From: Macrostomum lignano
Taxonomy: Eukaryota
NCBI GenBank assembly: GCA_002269645.1
Contig: NIVC01002659.1
Coordinates: forward strand, 87,912-151,911
DNA length: 64,000 bases
Reading direction: 5' to 3'
The position numbers and the translations under genes were made by a program. This document shows, piece by piece, positions 1-13,000 of this stretch. The notes beneath the pieces are model-generated. The model did no database searches. It was given only the letters and a program-made list of their open reading frames with translations, and was not told where the DNA came from. Numbering within the stretch: position 1 is the first letter of the stretch; the number at the start of each line of letters is the position of its first letter.

Positions 1-60
1 GTTCAAATGTAACCGGTTTTTGAGTATCGGGGATTTGGAGACAGGGGGTTGGAAAGGTCA

Positions 61-905
61 TTTGAGGACGCGGAGGTTGGGAAAGTTCAGTTGAGGACAC
101 GGGAGTTGGGAAAGGTCAGTTGAGGACACGGGGGTGAGAAAGGCCAGTTGAGGACACGGGAGTTGGGAAAGGTCATTTGAGGACACGGGAGTTGGGAAAG
201 GTCAGTTGAGGACACGGGAGTTGGGAAAGGTCATTTGAGGACACGGGAGTTGGGAAAGGTCAGTTGAGGACACGGGAGTTGGGAAAGGTCAGTTGAGGAC
301 ACGGGGTGAGAAAGGTCAGTTGAGGACACGGAGGTGAGAAAGGTCAGTTGAGGACACGGGGGTGAGAAAGGCCAGTTGAGGACACGGGAGTTGGGAAAGG
401 TCAGTTGAGGACATGGGGGTGAGAAAGGCCAGTTGAGGACACGGGGGTGAGAAAGGCCAGTTGAGGACACGGGAGTTGGGAAAGGTCATTTGAGGACACG
501 GGAGTTGGGAAAGGTCAGTTGAGGACACGGGAGTTGGGAAAGGTCAGTTGAGGACACGGGGTGAGAAAGGTCAGTTGAGGACACGGGGGTGAGAAAGGTC
601 AGTTGAGGACACGGGGTGAGAAAGGCCAGTTGAGGACACGGGGGTGAGAAAGGTCATTTGAGGACGCGGAGGTTGGAAAAGTCAGTTGAGGACGCGAAGG
701 GTGAGAAAGTTCAGTTGAGGACACGGGAGTTGGGAAAGGTCAGTTGAGGACACGGGAGTTGGGAAAGGTCAGTTGAGGACACGGGAGTTGGGAAAGGTCA
801 GTTGAGGACACGGGAGTTGGGAAAGGTCAGTTGAGGACACGGGGATGAGAAAGGCCAGTTGAGGACATCGTTGGGAAAGGTCAGCTAAGGACACTGGGGT
901 TGGGA
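61..905. repeat. 29-bp minisatellite (GAGGACACGGGAGTTGGGAAAGGTCAGTT)n, probably intronic
   Basis: About 28 slightly variant tandem copies read directly from the sequence. Confidence 0.95.
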
Positions 906-951
906 AAAGACACGAAGATAACTGAGCATAGCAAAATGCTCAAGTTTTTCA

Positions 952-1177
952 TCACGCACCGATAATTGGTGCCGAAACCGCGCTCAAGATGAAGAGCGGG
1001 AAGCTGGGCTGGTCAGGATTAACCGCATTGCTGATCCTATTAGCCAGAGGCAGCATCTCCAGAGCTAGGAATACGCACGGGTAAGCCAGCAGAGGGTAAA
1101 CCTGCTCCCTGTGCACCGATGCGGCTGAGGCTGCCAGATCGCTGGACGCCCCGTCGACTCCTCCGGCGTCCCAGCCA

Positions 1178-1210
<33 letters not shown>

Positions 1211-1435
1211 ACTCCGACTCCGTCGAGGGAGTCGCGTCGAAGTCGCACCAAAATGATAGCGTAGGCAGCCAGCATGCCCAGCAGGAGGGCGATGGCCGGG
1301 ACGAACCAGACGGCCATGCGCCAGGCGGTGTCCGTCACCCAGCACCAGGCGCCGGCGGGGCCATAGGTGCCGGACTTGGCGAGCGGCAGCAGGGCCGGCA
1401 GTAGCGGTGCGATGAAGCAGACGGCCACGTATAGG
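952..1435 (-). CDS. Internal exon of a cAMP-receptor-like 7TM GPCR (GCR1/GPR157/Dictyostelium CAR-like), approx. TM4-TM7
   Basis: Translation LYVAVCFIAPLLPALLP..GTYGPAGAWCWV...WFVP...LLAYPCVFLALEMLPLANRI contains the YGxAGxWCW motif typical of this family. Acceptor aaactag| lies at 1436-1437. The donor is near 955-960 (exact site uncertain). Other exons were not located. Confidence 0.75.
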
Positions 1436-1451
1436 CTAGTTTGGAGGGGAT

Positions 1452-1803
1452 GTAGGGGTCAGCTAAGGACACGGAGATTGGATAGGTCAGCTGAGGACAC
1501 GGAGATTGGATAGGTCAGCTGAGGACACGGAGACTGGATAGGTCAGCTGAGGACACGGAGACTGGATAGGTTAGCTGAGGACACGAGACTGGATAGGTCA
1601 GCTGAGGACACGGAGACTGGATAGGTCAGCTGAGGACACAGAGACTGGAAAGGTCAGCTGAGGACACGGAGACTGGATAGGTCAGCTGAGGACACGGAGA
1701 CTGGATAGGTTAGCTGAGGACACGAGACTGGATAGGTCAGCTGAGGACACGCAGACTGGATGATAGGTCAGCTGAGGACACGGAGATTGGATGGGTCAGC
1801 TGT
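1452..1803. repeat. 28-bp minisatellite (GAGGACACGGAGACTGGATAGGTCAGCT)n, related to the 61-905 array
   Basis: About 12 tandem copies sharing GAGGACACGG and AGGTCAG with the first array. Confidence 0.95.
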
Positions 1804-4496
1804 CGAATTTGAATGTGTGAAATGTCAGTAGGATAATAAGAATCTTTGATAATTAGATAATTGGAGAAGTTATTTCAGGACATAAGGGTCAGTAATGACA
1901 CGGAGGATGCAAATCCCAATCAAGTATTTGACCACCTGTCACTCAAAACTATAGTGAGAAAATATATCTAAAAAAGAACTTGCTCTGTCTGTTTGGTAAA
2001 ATGTTGAATCTCTTGAAATTGCAAATTCATTGTGTTTATCAATTTTTTAATTTGTAATTAAACTTACAGCTCAAATCTATCAGTAATTGTAGACTTGACA
2101 GTGTAAAAGAACAAATAAACAGTTATTGAGGCTACCCACAGAAGAACATTCCAATCTGAAATTCAAAAAGGCAACACTAGGTTTATAAATCAATAAAGTT
2201 TATATGCTTATATAGGATGCACTAAATTGATTACCTGAATATGTAAGCCAGAATGCTTCCAGGATGCAAATTGGGCTATTTTCTTGAGGATGCCCCTTAA
2301 AAGTATAGAAGTAAGTGAAAATATTAATTAAAAATTAAAAAGCAGGATGCCTTGGTTGTCAAGTAAACTTACCAATAGATAAATCACACTATCAAGAAAG
2401 ATAGCAACTGTTAGATATATAATGAGCCTGTAGGAAAACTTCTGGTAGAACTTAAATATGTAAATGATGAATAGCAAGAGCAGACTGAAATTTATGAGAG
2501 ATTGAGAGTATTTTACATGTAGGTATAGTCTTAAAAACAGTAAAAATAATATGCATTTAGTAATAAAAACATACCTTGATATTACAGACAAGGAGGCATT
2601 AATTCGCTTTATGAAAATAATTGCGTCCTGAAATGGAAAAGATGCTTTAAAGACTGTAAATATAGTTTTAAATATAAACCTCAACCTTAAACTCTAAAAA
2701 ATGAAACCAATATTCGATAATTAAAAACAATTACAGACATATTTTGATTCCATTGCTGGATTTAAATACAAAAACACAACTAAAAGACAATATAATTATT
2801 CAGTATTTACACTACACATCACTTACACATTTATCAGGCTCCGAAGGAAACAACAGACACTCTTCACGCTCTTGTGTTTCATTATTGGATATCATTCTGG
2901 ATTCTGATTACTATTAGATTGGGAATAGACCAAATAACGCTAGTTAGCGTAGTTTGAATTAATTTGAATTATTTAAAAATAACCACTTAAAAACAACCAC
3001 TTTACAGACCAGCGATAATCTACAATACTGGTGTTATTAATCTCTACCAGTGCAGTAAGCCATGATTAATGGTAGTCAGAGCTTGAGCTATAGCTCATGA
3101 AACTTCGTCGAAAATAAAGTGTTCAAAAATAAATAAAGAATAAAGTAGCAATATTTAAAGATCTAATACTTACTTCATAAGTAGAAAAACGCCAATGTTT
3201 TTTCTCGCAATTAGTAATTATTATTTTATTTCGTTAATTCAGTACTATATTCTACAGTTTGTTAAAGCCATTTTTATTTTTTCTATTATCGTAAACCCGG
3301 AAGAACCTTCATTGTGCACAGCTATAAGTAAAGGCCCTCGGAGTTTAGTTCTATATATGTTACTTTAGTTCTTAAGTAGACTGAAATCTTCTAACTATGA
3401 GTAATATAAATATATTGGCTTACGTGCTATGCTAAATGTAATAAGTGGATCCTCAGACTTAAAAGTAGCAGTGGACCCGGCCTGGACAATGAAATTTACT
3501 ACCTAGATTTCCTCGTACCATGCTTGCGTTATAAAGATATAAAACTAAAGCAAGAAACATACAGGTGCTTTAATCTGTACACTTGAGATTCAGAGATTTA
3601 TTGACATTACATACTACATATTTGTATTTGTCGTATCGCTAGTAAATTCAGTATGATTTAGAGAACACAGCGCTGAGTGGGGCTTAATAATGCACAAATT
3701 CGGTCGAGAATCATCCCCGCTAGAAAGAGAAGATTTCTCGAGAACATATTAAAAATTTACGAGCGATATGACAATATCAAATGGCCCCTTAATGAGACAC
3801 CTGCAGTTTTTACACGTATTTTATTTATAATTCGTAGACAGAAACAACAAAGCTCTAAATTATTACTTCTTAATCTTCTTAATCATATCTGAAACCCTGA
3901 AGTATGAAATCTTTATCCTCGCACCTTACTACAGTATTTTATCTCCATTTAATTCACTGTAAACTGATCAGCCAAATACACGATGATAAATTGAATCTCG
4001 CAGCCTCTATATAGCATCGATGCCATATATTGAAATCAGCTTTGAGTGGGACTTGAGCCGAGAGATGTAGGGGGTGCAATAAAATCATAAAAATGATGAG
4101 GAATGAACAGCAAGAGTGTTTCTGTCTCTCTGTCAGCCTCACTGAAACTGCAGCTCATTATAACAACCCAACACGGATGGAGCGATGCTGTTGAGAGATG
4201 AGATTGATAAGAAAAAAACTGATATTTTTCAATCTAAACTGGATTATACACTGCCTCAATTGAACTGCAATTTCGCTGAGTAGGTGTTGGTAGTAGACTG
4301 GCTGCGGAATCACAGATTAAAACTGATTTTTTATACATTGTCTCCTTAACCCACTCAGCAACCAGACTGCTCAGGCAAAGTCAGGTGTTTTTTAATCAAT
4401 TTAAAAACCATATCCGCGCAGCATTGCAGCCACATGGACATTAGCTGATAGCTTAGGAAACGAACACTGGGCAAAAATTGACTTTATTTGTAAAAT

Positions 4497-4868
4497 TGGG
4501 TTGTTAGTAGCGCTAGATTGGGTTGTCAGTAGCGCTAGATTGGGTTGTTAGTAGCGCTAGATTGGGTTGTCAGTAGCGCTAGATTGGGTTGTTAGTAGCG
4601 CTAGATTGGGTTGTTAGTAGCGCTAGATTGGGTTGTCAGTAGCGCTAGATTGGGTTGTTAGTAGCGCTTGATTGGGTTGTTAGTAGCGCTAGATTGGGTT
4701 GTCAGTAGCGCTAGATTGGGTTGTCAGTAGCGCTAGATTGGGTTGTTAGTAGCGCTTGATTGGGTTGTCAGTAGCGCTAGATTGGGTTGTTAGTAGCGCT
4801 TGATTGGGTTGTCAGTAGCGCTAGATTGAGTTGTCAGTAGCGCTAGATTCGGCTGTCAGTGGCGCTAG
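4497..4868. repeat. 22-bp minisatellite (GGGTTGTYAGTAGCGCTAGATT)n
   Basis: About 17 copies, each containing the palindrome TAGCGCTA. Confidence 0.95.
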
Positions 4869-5296
4869 ATTTGACTGTCAGTGGCACAAATTTTTTAAAG
4901 TCGTTTTTAAAATAATGAGAATTTTATAGTGAATTTGACTTTTCTAACAATTCCTATAGCAAGCTTCATTCCATCTGTCAAACAAAGCGCAAATGCAACT
5001 ACAAGCCAGCAAACAGAAATTCTCGTACTGCGCACACAATTGAATAATGCGTGGCGAATGAGAAACGAATCCATATTCATAATTCTTTATCGCTTTGCTT
5101 TGAGGCCGAGCCCTGCCCTGAGCTTCAAAGGATGCACGAAACGAAGGAAACAAAAAACTAAACTGGCCGGTTGACTGTAAGTTGAGGGCGGGGCCTGTGA
5201 CTGCATCTGTGCGTGACCGGCTGCTGGTGTACGGTTGCGAATCAGGGATCAATATCGAGATGTGAGCGAATTATACTTTTTAACAGAAACATTTTG

Positions 5297-5865
5297 CCTA
5301 TCGGGTGTTTATTGCCATAGACACCTTGCACTACCGGATGTTTATTGCCATAGACACCTAGCACTATGGGGTGTTTATTGCCATAGACACCTTGCACTAT
5401 CGAATGTTTATTGCCATAGACACATTGTACTATCGAGTGTTTATTGCCATAGACACATTGTACTATCGGGTGTTTATTGCCATAGACACATTGTACTATC
5501 GGGTGTTTATTGCCATAGACACCTTGCCCAATCGGGTGTTTATTGTCATAGACACCTTGCACTATCGGGTGTTTATTGCCATAGACACCTTGCACTATCG
5601 GGTGTTTATTACCATAGACACCTTGCACTATCGGGTGTTTGTTGCCATAGACACGCTTGCACTATCGGGTGTTTATTGCCATAGACACATTGTACTATCG
5701 GATGTTTATTGCCATAGACACCTTGCACTATCGGGTGTTTGTTGCCATAGACACGCTTGCACTATCGGGTGTTTATTGCTATAGACACCTTGCACTATCG
5801 GGTGTTTATTGCCATAGACACATTGCACTATCGGGTGTTTATTGCCATAGACATAATGCACTATT
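5297..5865. repeat. 33-bp minisatellite (CGGGTGTTTATTGCCATAGACACCTTGCACTAT)n
   Basis: About 17 copies, each with the internal hairpin GGTGTTTAT-TGCC-ATAGACACC. It explains the repetitive VYCHRH ORFs. Confidence 0.95.
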
Positions 5866-7063
5866 ACACTGAAAGACAGTTTTCCTATGAATAAAGTATG
5901 TATTTCAGTGTGGCTATGTATTCTTGCCTGCATAATAACTATTAGCGAACTGTCAATTCAAAGTGTAGCTTAGCAGAAGAGCATAGGTATGATGATAATA
6001 ATGAATATAAGAGCCTGATGCTTCTGCAGTCTCGAATATCCTCCCCAAGCCCTACCCACTCAGAATTCGCTAGCAGCTGAAATGCCTTGTCCGTTATAAC
6101 CTGATCTCAGCTCCCAGCCTGGCGCTGGCTTTGTTGCCTACCCCACACCGGTAGAAATCCCTTTTTACAGACTGTCTCCCATGTCTCTCTCCCTTTTCTC
6201 CCCTTCTTCACGTCAGCGGCATTGTCGCAGTCGCAGTCCTTGAATAGAAGTGAGGAGAAGCCCTGTTCTCCTATACCGAATCGCGGATGAGGTTCGGGAT
6301 AGACACAGCCAAAACATTTCTGTAGTTCAAGCCTGAGTTCTTCAGCGCGGATGCAGATGCGCAGACTCAGCCGCCACCCATCCGCCTCAATCTGAGTCGC
6401 TGACAGGATAAGGATAGGGGTGGGCGCTCGATCCCCAAACCTACCCAGCACCGGCGGGGATTCAGTACCAAACCGAGCTGAGAGCAGTGCATCAATAGGA
6501 AGGCAGGCATTGATATACATATTTATTCCTTTTGGCTCCGTCCGGGGTTCCTCCTTTTTAGCTTGACGCGGATTCGAACACGGGGCCGAAGCCGGACAAA
6601 GGCCGCGGGCGCCAAAGAGATATTCAGGCTTTTTTGTCCACTGCTTTTCTTTTGCGACCCGAAACAAATAGAGAGACAGGGGGTGGGCGGCTGAAGGCAA
6701 CCGGCCACGCGACAACAAATTAAGCGCGTCTACCTGGTGCGCACAGAGGCGAGACAGCGTCGGAGAGGACTCCGACCCCAGCTGAGGGATCTCGAGAATC
6801 AATCAGGCGTGCGATCGGTGGACGCTGGGATCGGGATTCTTAGAGGGGGGGGGGATAAATATCCTCATAAGGCTGGCCAAGACAGCGGGGAGCCGATTTG
6901 ACACAGCCGCCCCCGTATTTCAATTTCGGCAAGATCTGCATTGGCAGAAAGAAGAAGCTCGGGAATCTACTGGGAACAGGTGAGACAACGAATTTCTGGC
7001 TTGCGACACGGTCAGGTCTTGTTGCTTTAATGAAGAGCTGTAGGGGCGTGCGGCTGTCTGTGT

Positions 7064-7989
<926 letters not shown>

Positions 7990-8554
7990 ACTATAGTTCA
8001 ACCTGATCAGTATGGCAGAAGAAATTCCAAGCATTTCTGTCTTTCAGCCGATATCGAAAAGTTGTTGTCAAAGCAGATTGATTTCTCGTGTAAGAGGAGA
8101 CCGCTGACCCCTGCTGCACGGCAATAAACAGATCTTCAAGTGCCAGTTAGTGAAAATGAGCGCATATAGAAAGTTGAGGAAGCATTTCAAACCATTTGGG
8201 TTTTATTTGCAGGTTTATGCAGGTCTAAGAGCGCTGGAACAGGTAAAAGCATTCATCCAGTGTATTTAGGCAGAACTGGGAGCGGCAAGCAAGAGTAGTC
8301 CAGGCTGTATTCGGCAATGCTGTAGGCCACACACTGTACATGCGGACAGCCGAATAAGTCCATTTTCCTCGGTAGCTATTTTTCATTTTATCCATTAAAA
8401 ACGTATTTTTTGGGCCTATTAGCTACGTCATTTTATACTCAGGAAAGTTATTCATTTCAATCGTTATGGCAAAAAAAATTTAAGAAAATACAAGATGGAA
8501 CCTCTTCGCGGGAGCTTTGGCACCCGAAGGAGGGCGCCCTTGTATGTCGTACCT

Positions 8555-9330
8555 GTATGGCGCCCCTTGGATGGCGCCCTTAGGATGGTGCGCCTTGGAT
8601 GGCGCCCTTAGGATGGCGCCCTTAGGATGGCGCCCCTTGGATGGCGCCCCTTGGATGGCGCCCTTAGGATGGCGCCCCTTGGATGGCGCCCCTTGGATAG
8701 CGCCCCTTGGATGGCGCCCTTAGGATGGCGTCTTTAGGATGGCGCCCTTAGGATGGCGCCCCTTGGATGGCGCCCTTAGGATGGCGCCTTTAGGATGGCG
8801 CTTTTAGGATGGCGCCCCTTGGATAGCGCCCCTTGGATGGCGCCCCTTTGATGGCGCCCCTTGGATGGCGCTCCTTGAATGGCGCCCCTTGGATGGCGCC
8901 CTTAGGATGGCGCCTTTAGGATGGTGCCCTTAGGATGGCGCCTCTTGGATGGCGCTCCTTGGATAGCGCCCCTTGGATGGCGCCCTTAGGATGGCGCCTT
9001 TAGGATGGCGCTTTTAGGATGGCGCCCCTTGGATAGCGCCCCTTGGATGGCGCCCCTTTGATGGCGCCCCTTGGATGGCGCTCCTTGAATGGCGCCCCTT
9101 GGATGGCGCCCTTAGGATGGCGCCTTTAGGATGGTGCCCTTAGGATGGCGCCTCTTGGATGGCGCTCCTTGGATGCCGCCCCTTGGATAGCGCCCCTTGG
9201 ATGGCGCCCCTTGGATGGCGCTCCTTGAATGGCGCCCCTTGGATGGCGCCCCTTGGATGGCGCTCTTTGAATGGCGCCCCTTGGATGGCGCTCCTTGAAT
9301 GGCGCCCCTTGGATGGCGCCCCTTGGATGG
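8555..9330. repeat. 14-bp minisatellite (GGATGGCGCCCCTT)n
   Basis: About 55 variant copies with a GGCGCC core. Confidence 0.95.
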
Positions 9331-10019
9331 CAAATAGAAAAAAGCGAATAGAAATTCTTATCTACAATAATTTTTAATCTGTTTTTTATTTAGTTATAAT
9401 TTTAATTCGGTTACGAATGCACAAGTGGAAGAAAGGAGAGAGCATTGCCTCCGATGAGCACGAACAGACAATTCTGTAGCAAAACAAAACTCGGAGATTC
9501 GAAGAAAGCTGCGGCCCCAGTGGAAGTGCGCTCGAGAAGGCCGGCCCTCCGTCTTGAGCTGCGCACTTCGTGCCAGTGCCGCGTGTGTCGCGAAATGAGG
9601 TCTCCGTGAGAGAAGACAGCCGGAGTCACTGCAGGTTCTTCTTGTGCCGCCCCAAATTTCTAAATGAACAATTTAAGCTCAACCTGCAGTGTTGAATCGA
9701 TTGGCGGGCCGCCACCTATCGAGTGCTACGCATTTTTATTCGAGCCACTCGTTGAAAGAAAGAACACTGAGATACTGTCGGTTTCTAATAGACATATTCG
9801 ATTTGCTTTGCAGGAAATTCCTTTATTGCCCTGAATGCTTGCATGCAGACGCGAGTGATATTTTCTGGCTTTGGCGTGATATTTTTTGTCTCAATTTTAG
9901 GGAGCGCCGATCTGCGCAACAGAACTGCTTAAAGACACCGCAACGAGGCAAGTGCGGCAGTAAGAGCGGCCACATCACGCCACAACAGATTGACTTTCCC
10001 TAGAGCGGATCCCACAGGT

Positions 10020-13000
10020 ATGCTTGCCTTCAGCACAGCCGGGCCAGTTGGTGCCTGCAGTTCCAGCAGTAGTAGCGGCTCAAATCCGGCTGCAGCGGCT
10101 GCTGCGGCGGCTGCTGCTGCGGCGGCGGCAGCTGCGGCAACCCAGAGGCAACTGTTGGCCATGGTGCAGAGGCCAGGGGCCACGGCCTCTGGAGGTGCGA
10201 TTGAACAGCAGCAGCAACAGCAGGCAATCGCAGCAGCCGGGCAAATCCCAGCTCCGGCTCCAATGTCGTCGGTGGACAGCAGCTTCGACCTGATGGCCGG
10301 TCTGACAAGCCTGGACGCTGCCGCTCTGTACGCTGCTACAGGTCCGATGCCTTCACCTGCGACTTCTGCCTCAGCCGTGCTGTCTGCGACTGGACACCAA
10401 TCAGCACTGCCCGTGGGATTCTACACTGAGTGAGATCCCTTCCTGTGTGTTTATGGGGATTCTGCACTGAGTGAGATCCCTTTCTGTGTGTTTATGGGGA
10501 TTCTGCACTGAGTGAGATCCCTTCCTGTGTGTTTATGGGGATTCTGCACTGAGTGAGATCCCTACCTGTGTGTTTATGGGGATTCTACACTGAGTGAGAT
10601 CCCTTCCTCTGTGTTTATGGGGATTCTACACTGAGTGAGATCCCTTCCTGTGTGTTTATGGGGATTCTGCACTGAGTGAGATCCCTTCCTGTGTTTGTGG
10701 GGATTCCACACTGAGTGAGATCCCTTCCTGTGTTTGTGGGGATTCTACACTGAGTGAGATCCCTTCCTGTGTGTTTATGGGGATTCCGCACTGAGTGAGA
10801 TCCCTTCCTGTGTGTTTATGGGGATTCCACACTGAGTGAGATCCCTTCCTGTGTGTTTATGGGGATTCTGCACTGAGTGAGATCCCTACCTGTGTGTTTA
10901 TGGGGATTCTGCACTGAGTGAGATCCCTACCTGTGTGTTTATGGGGATTCTGCATTCTGGGGGGCTCCGCTTGAGCAGGCGACCAACCCGCGAGGCAGAG
11001 GCAGCTCTGGCAGCTGTCTACCTGCAGCGCCAACAAGCGGCTGTCGATGACGCCATTCAGGCTGTCTCTGCCGCTGGGCCCGATGCCAGAGGGCGCGTGG
11101 CCTGGTCCGCCATCAACGCTCTGACGGGACGAAAGCGGCGCAATCCGCTGAACCTGGCTGGTGACACGCCGGACGAGCGTAGGAACGAGCTGCGCGAGTT
11201 CTTCGCCGCCATCGTCAACGCGCCGCCACCCCCGCTGCCAGACAGTCTGACGCTGCCGCCGGAGACGCCGCTGCCGGCAGAGGAGAGTTTCAGCGTAGCC
11301 CCAGTCAACGCAGCCGACGTTGTCAAGCTCGCCCAGCAGTCACCGGGCGGGAAAGCGCTGGGTCCGGACGAGGTGCCCATCGAGGCGCTGCGCATCCCCT
11401 GTGTGGCCGCTGAGGTCGCCAGAGTGATGAACCGCGTGCTCTTCGGTGAGGCGGCGCCCAACGAATGGACCACGGCGCACATCGTCGCTGTTCCAAAGAA
11501 GCCGGGCACCACTAGGCTTGAAGACCATCGAGGCATCTGCCTTCAGTCCTGTGCAGCGAAGCTGTTCAACCGGATGCTGCTTTCGCGGTTGCAGCCCGTG
11601 CTGGATCCGTACCTGCGCCCAGAGCAGAACGGGTTCCGGCCCCATCGCGGCACAGTGGCGCAGATCCTGGCTCTTCGCCGAGTCATCGAGGAGGCGCGGA
11701 TTCGTCAGTCGATACTGATTTTAATCTTTATTGATTTCAAGAAGGCATTCGACTCGGTTGTCAGAGCCGTGCTTCCAATGGTGCTCCGCGCGTACAACGT
11801 GCCTGAGCAGCTGATCTCCGCCGTCATGGCGATGTACCGTGATACGACAGCTGCTGTGACAACACCGGACGGCCTATCGGACTCCTTTGAGACATCCTCC
11901 GGAGTGCTTCAGGGAGATACGCTGGCGCCGTTTCTGTTCGTCCTGGTGCTTGACTGGGTGCTGCGGACTGCTCTTCCTACCGACGACGACGGTTTTCTGC
12001 TGCAGCGACGCGTGGGTCGACGTCAACCGGAGAAGCGGCTCAGCGTGCTTGGCTACGCCGACGACCTCGCCCTGCTGTCCTCGACCGTCGAGGGCGCCCA
12101 ACGGCAGCTGGACAGGCTGGTTGCCGTTGCGGCGAGTGTCGGCCTGGTGGTCAACACGCAGAAGACCGTTGTGCTCTGCGTGCCGGACGACATCGAGGCT
12201 GCAATATTTTGCCGAGGCGCTGACGGGCAGGCGACCGAACTCCCGCGATGTCAGCAGTTCGTCTACCTCGGCGGTCTGGTTCCAGACGCTCGCGAGGACC
12301 TGCGACGCCGCCGCGGGCTTGCCTGGGCTGCCTTTCGTTCTGTGAGGGCAGTCCTGCAGTCCGAGGCCCTACCGGACCGCCAGAGGGCGGCGCTGTTCCA
12401 GGCGGTAATCGAGACCGTCCTGCTGTACAACGCCGAGACCTGGACGCTGACGGACTCACTCGAACAGCAAGTCGATGCGGCGCACGCTGGTCTGCTGCGC
12501 GCCGCCTTCAACATCGGCGTCGAGCGAGTCACCAACGCGGCACTCTATCGCCGCGCTGGCCTGCCACGTCCAAGTGATCTACTGCGCCGTCGGCGACTCC
12601 AGCTCGCAGGCCATCTCATCCGCGCCGAGTCGTACTGCCCACAGCCGGTGCAGGAGGTGCTGCTGCTCACGCTGCAGGCACCCTACCGGCGAGGTCAAGC
12701 GCGAACTCGGCGTTATGTCGACTGTCTGCTGGCTGACGCCGGCGCCCCGGACACTGCCGGTGGCGCGGCCTTTGTTCGCGCCCAAGCCATGAAGCGCGCC
12801 CTGTGACGCTGACTTTTACCATCATGACAGCGTATTTTGTTGTTGTTGTTGTTGCACTGAGTGAGATCCCTTCCTGTGTTTATGGGGATTCTGCACTGAG
12901 TGAGATCCCTTCCTGTGTTTATGGGGATTCTGCACTGAGTGAGATCCCTTCCTGTGTGTTTATGGGGATTCTGCACTGAGTGATATCCCTTCCTGTGTTT

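Noticed and set aside
2328-2684. AT-rich minus ORF, possible CR1-like LINE tail
   Set aside because: Low complexity with no diagnostic motif.
6107-6802. 231-aa minus-strand ORF
   Set aside because: There is no early ATG, no recognisable domain and no convincing splice sites. It remains unexplained.
8213-8242. 30-nt micro-exon candidate (ttttatttgcag|...CAG|gtaaaa)
   Set aside because: The sites look good, but I cannot link it to a gene without transcripts.
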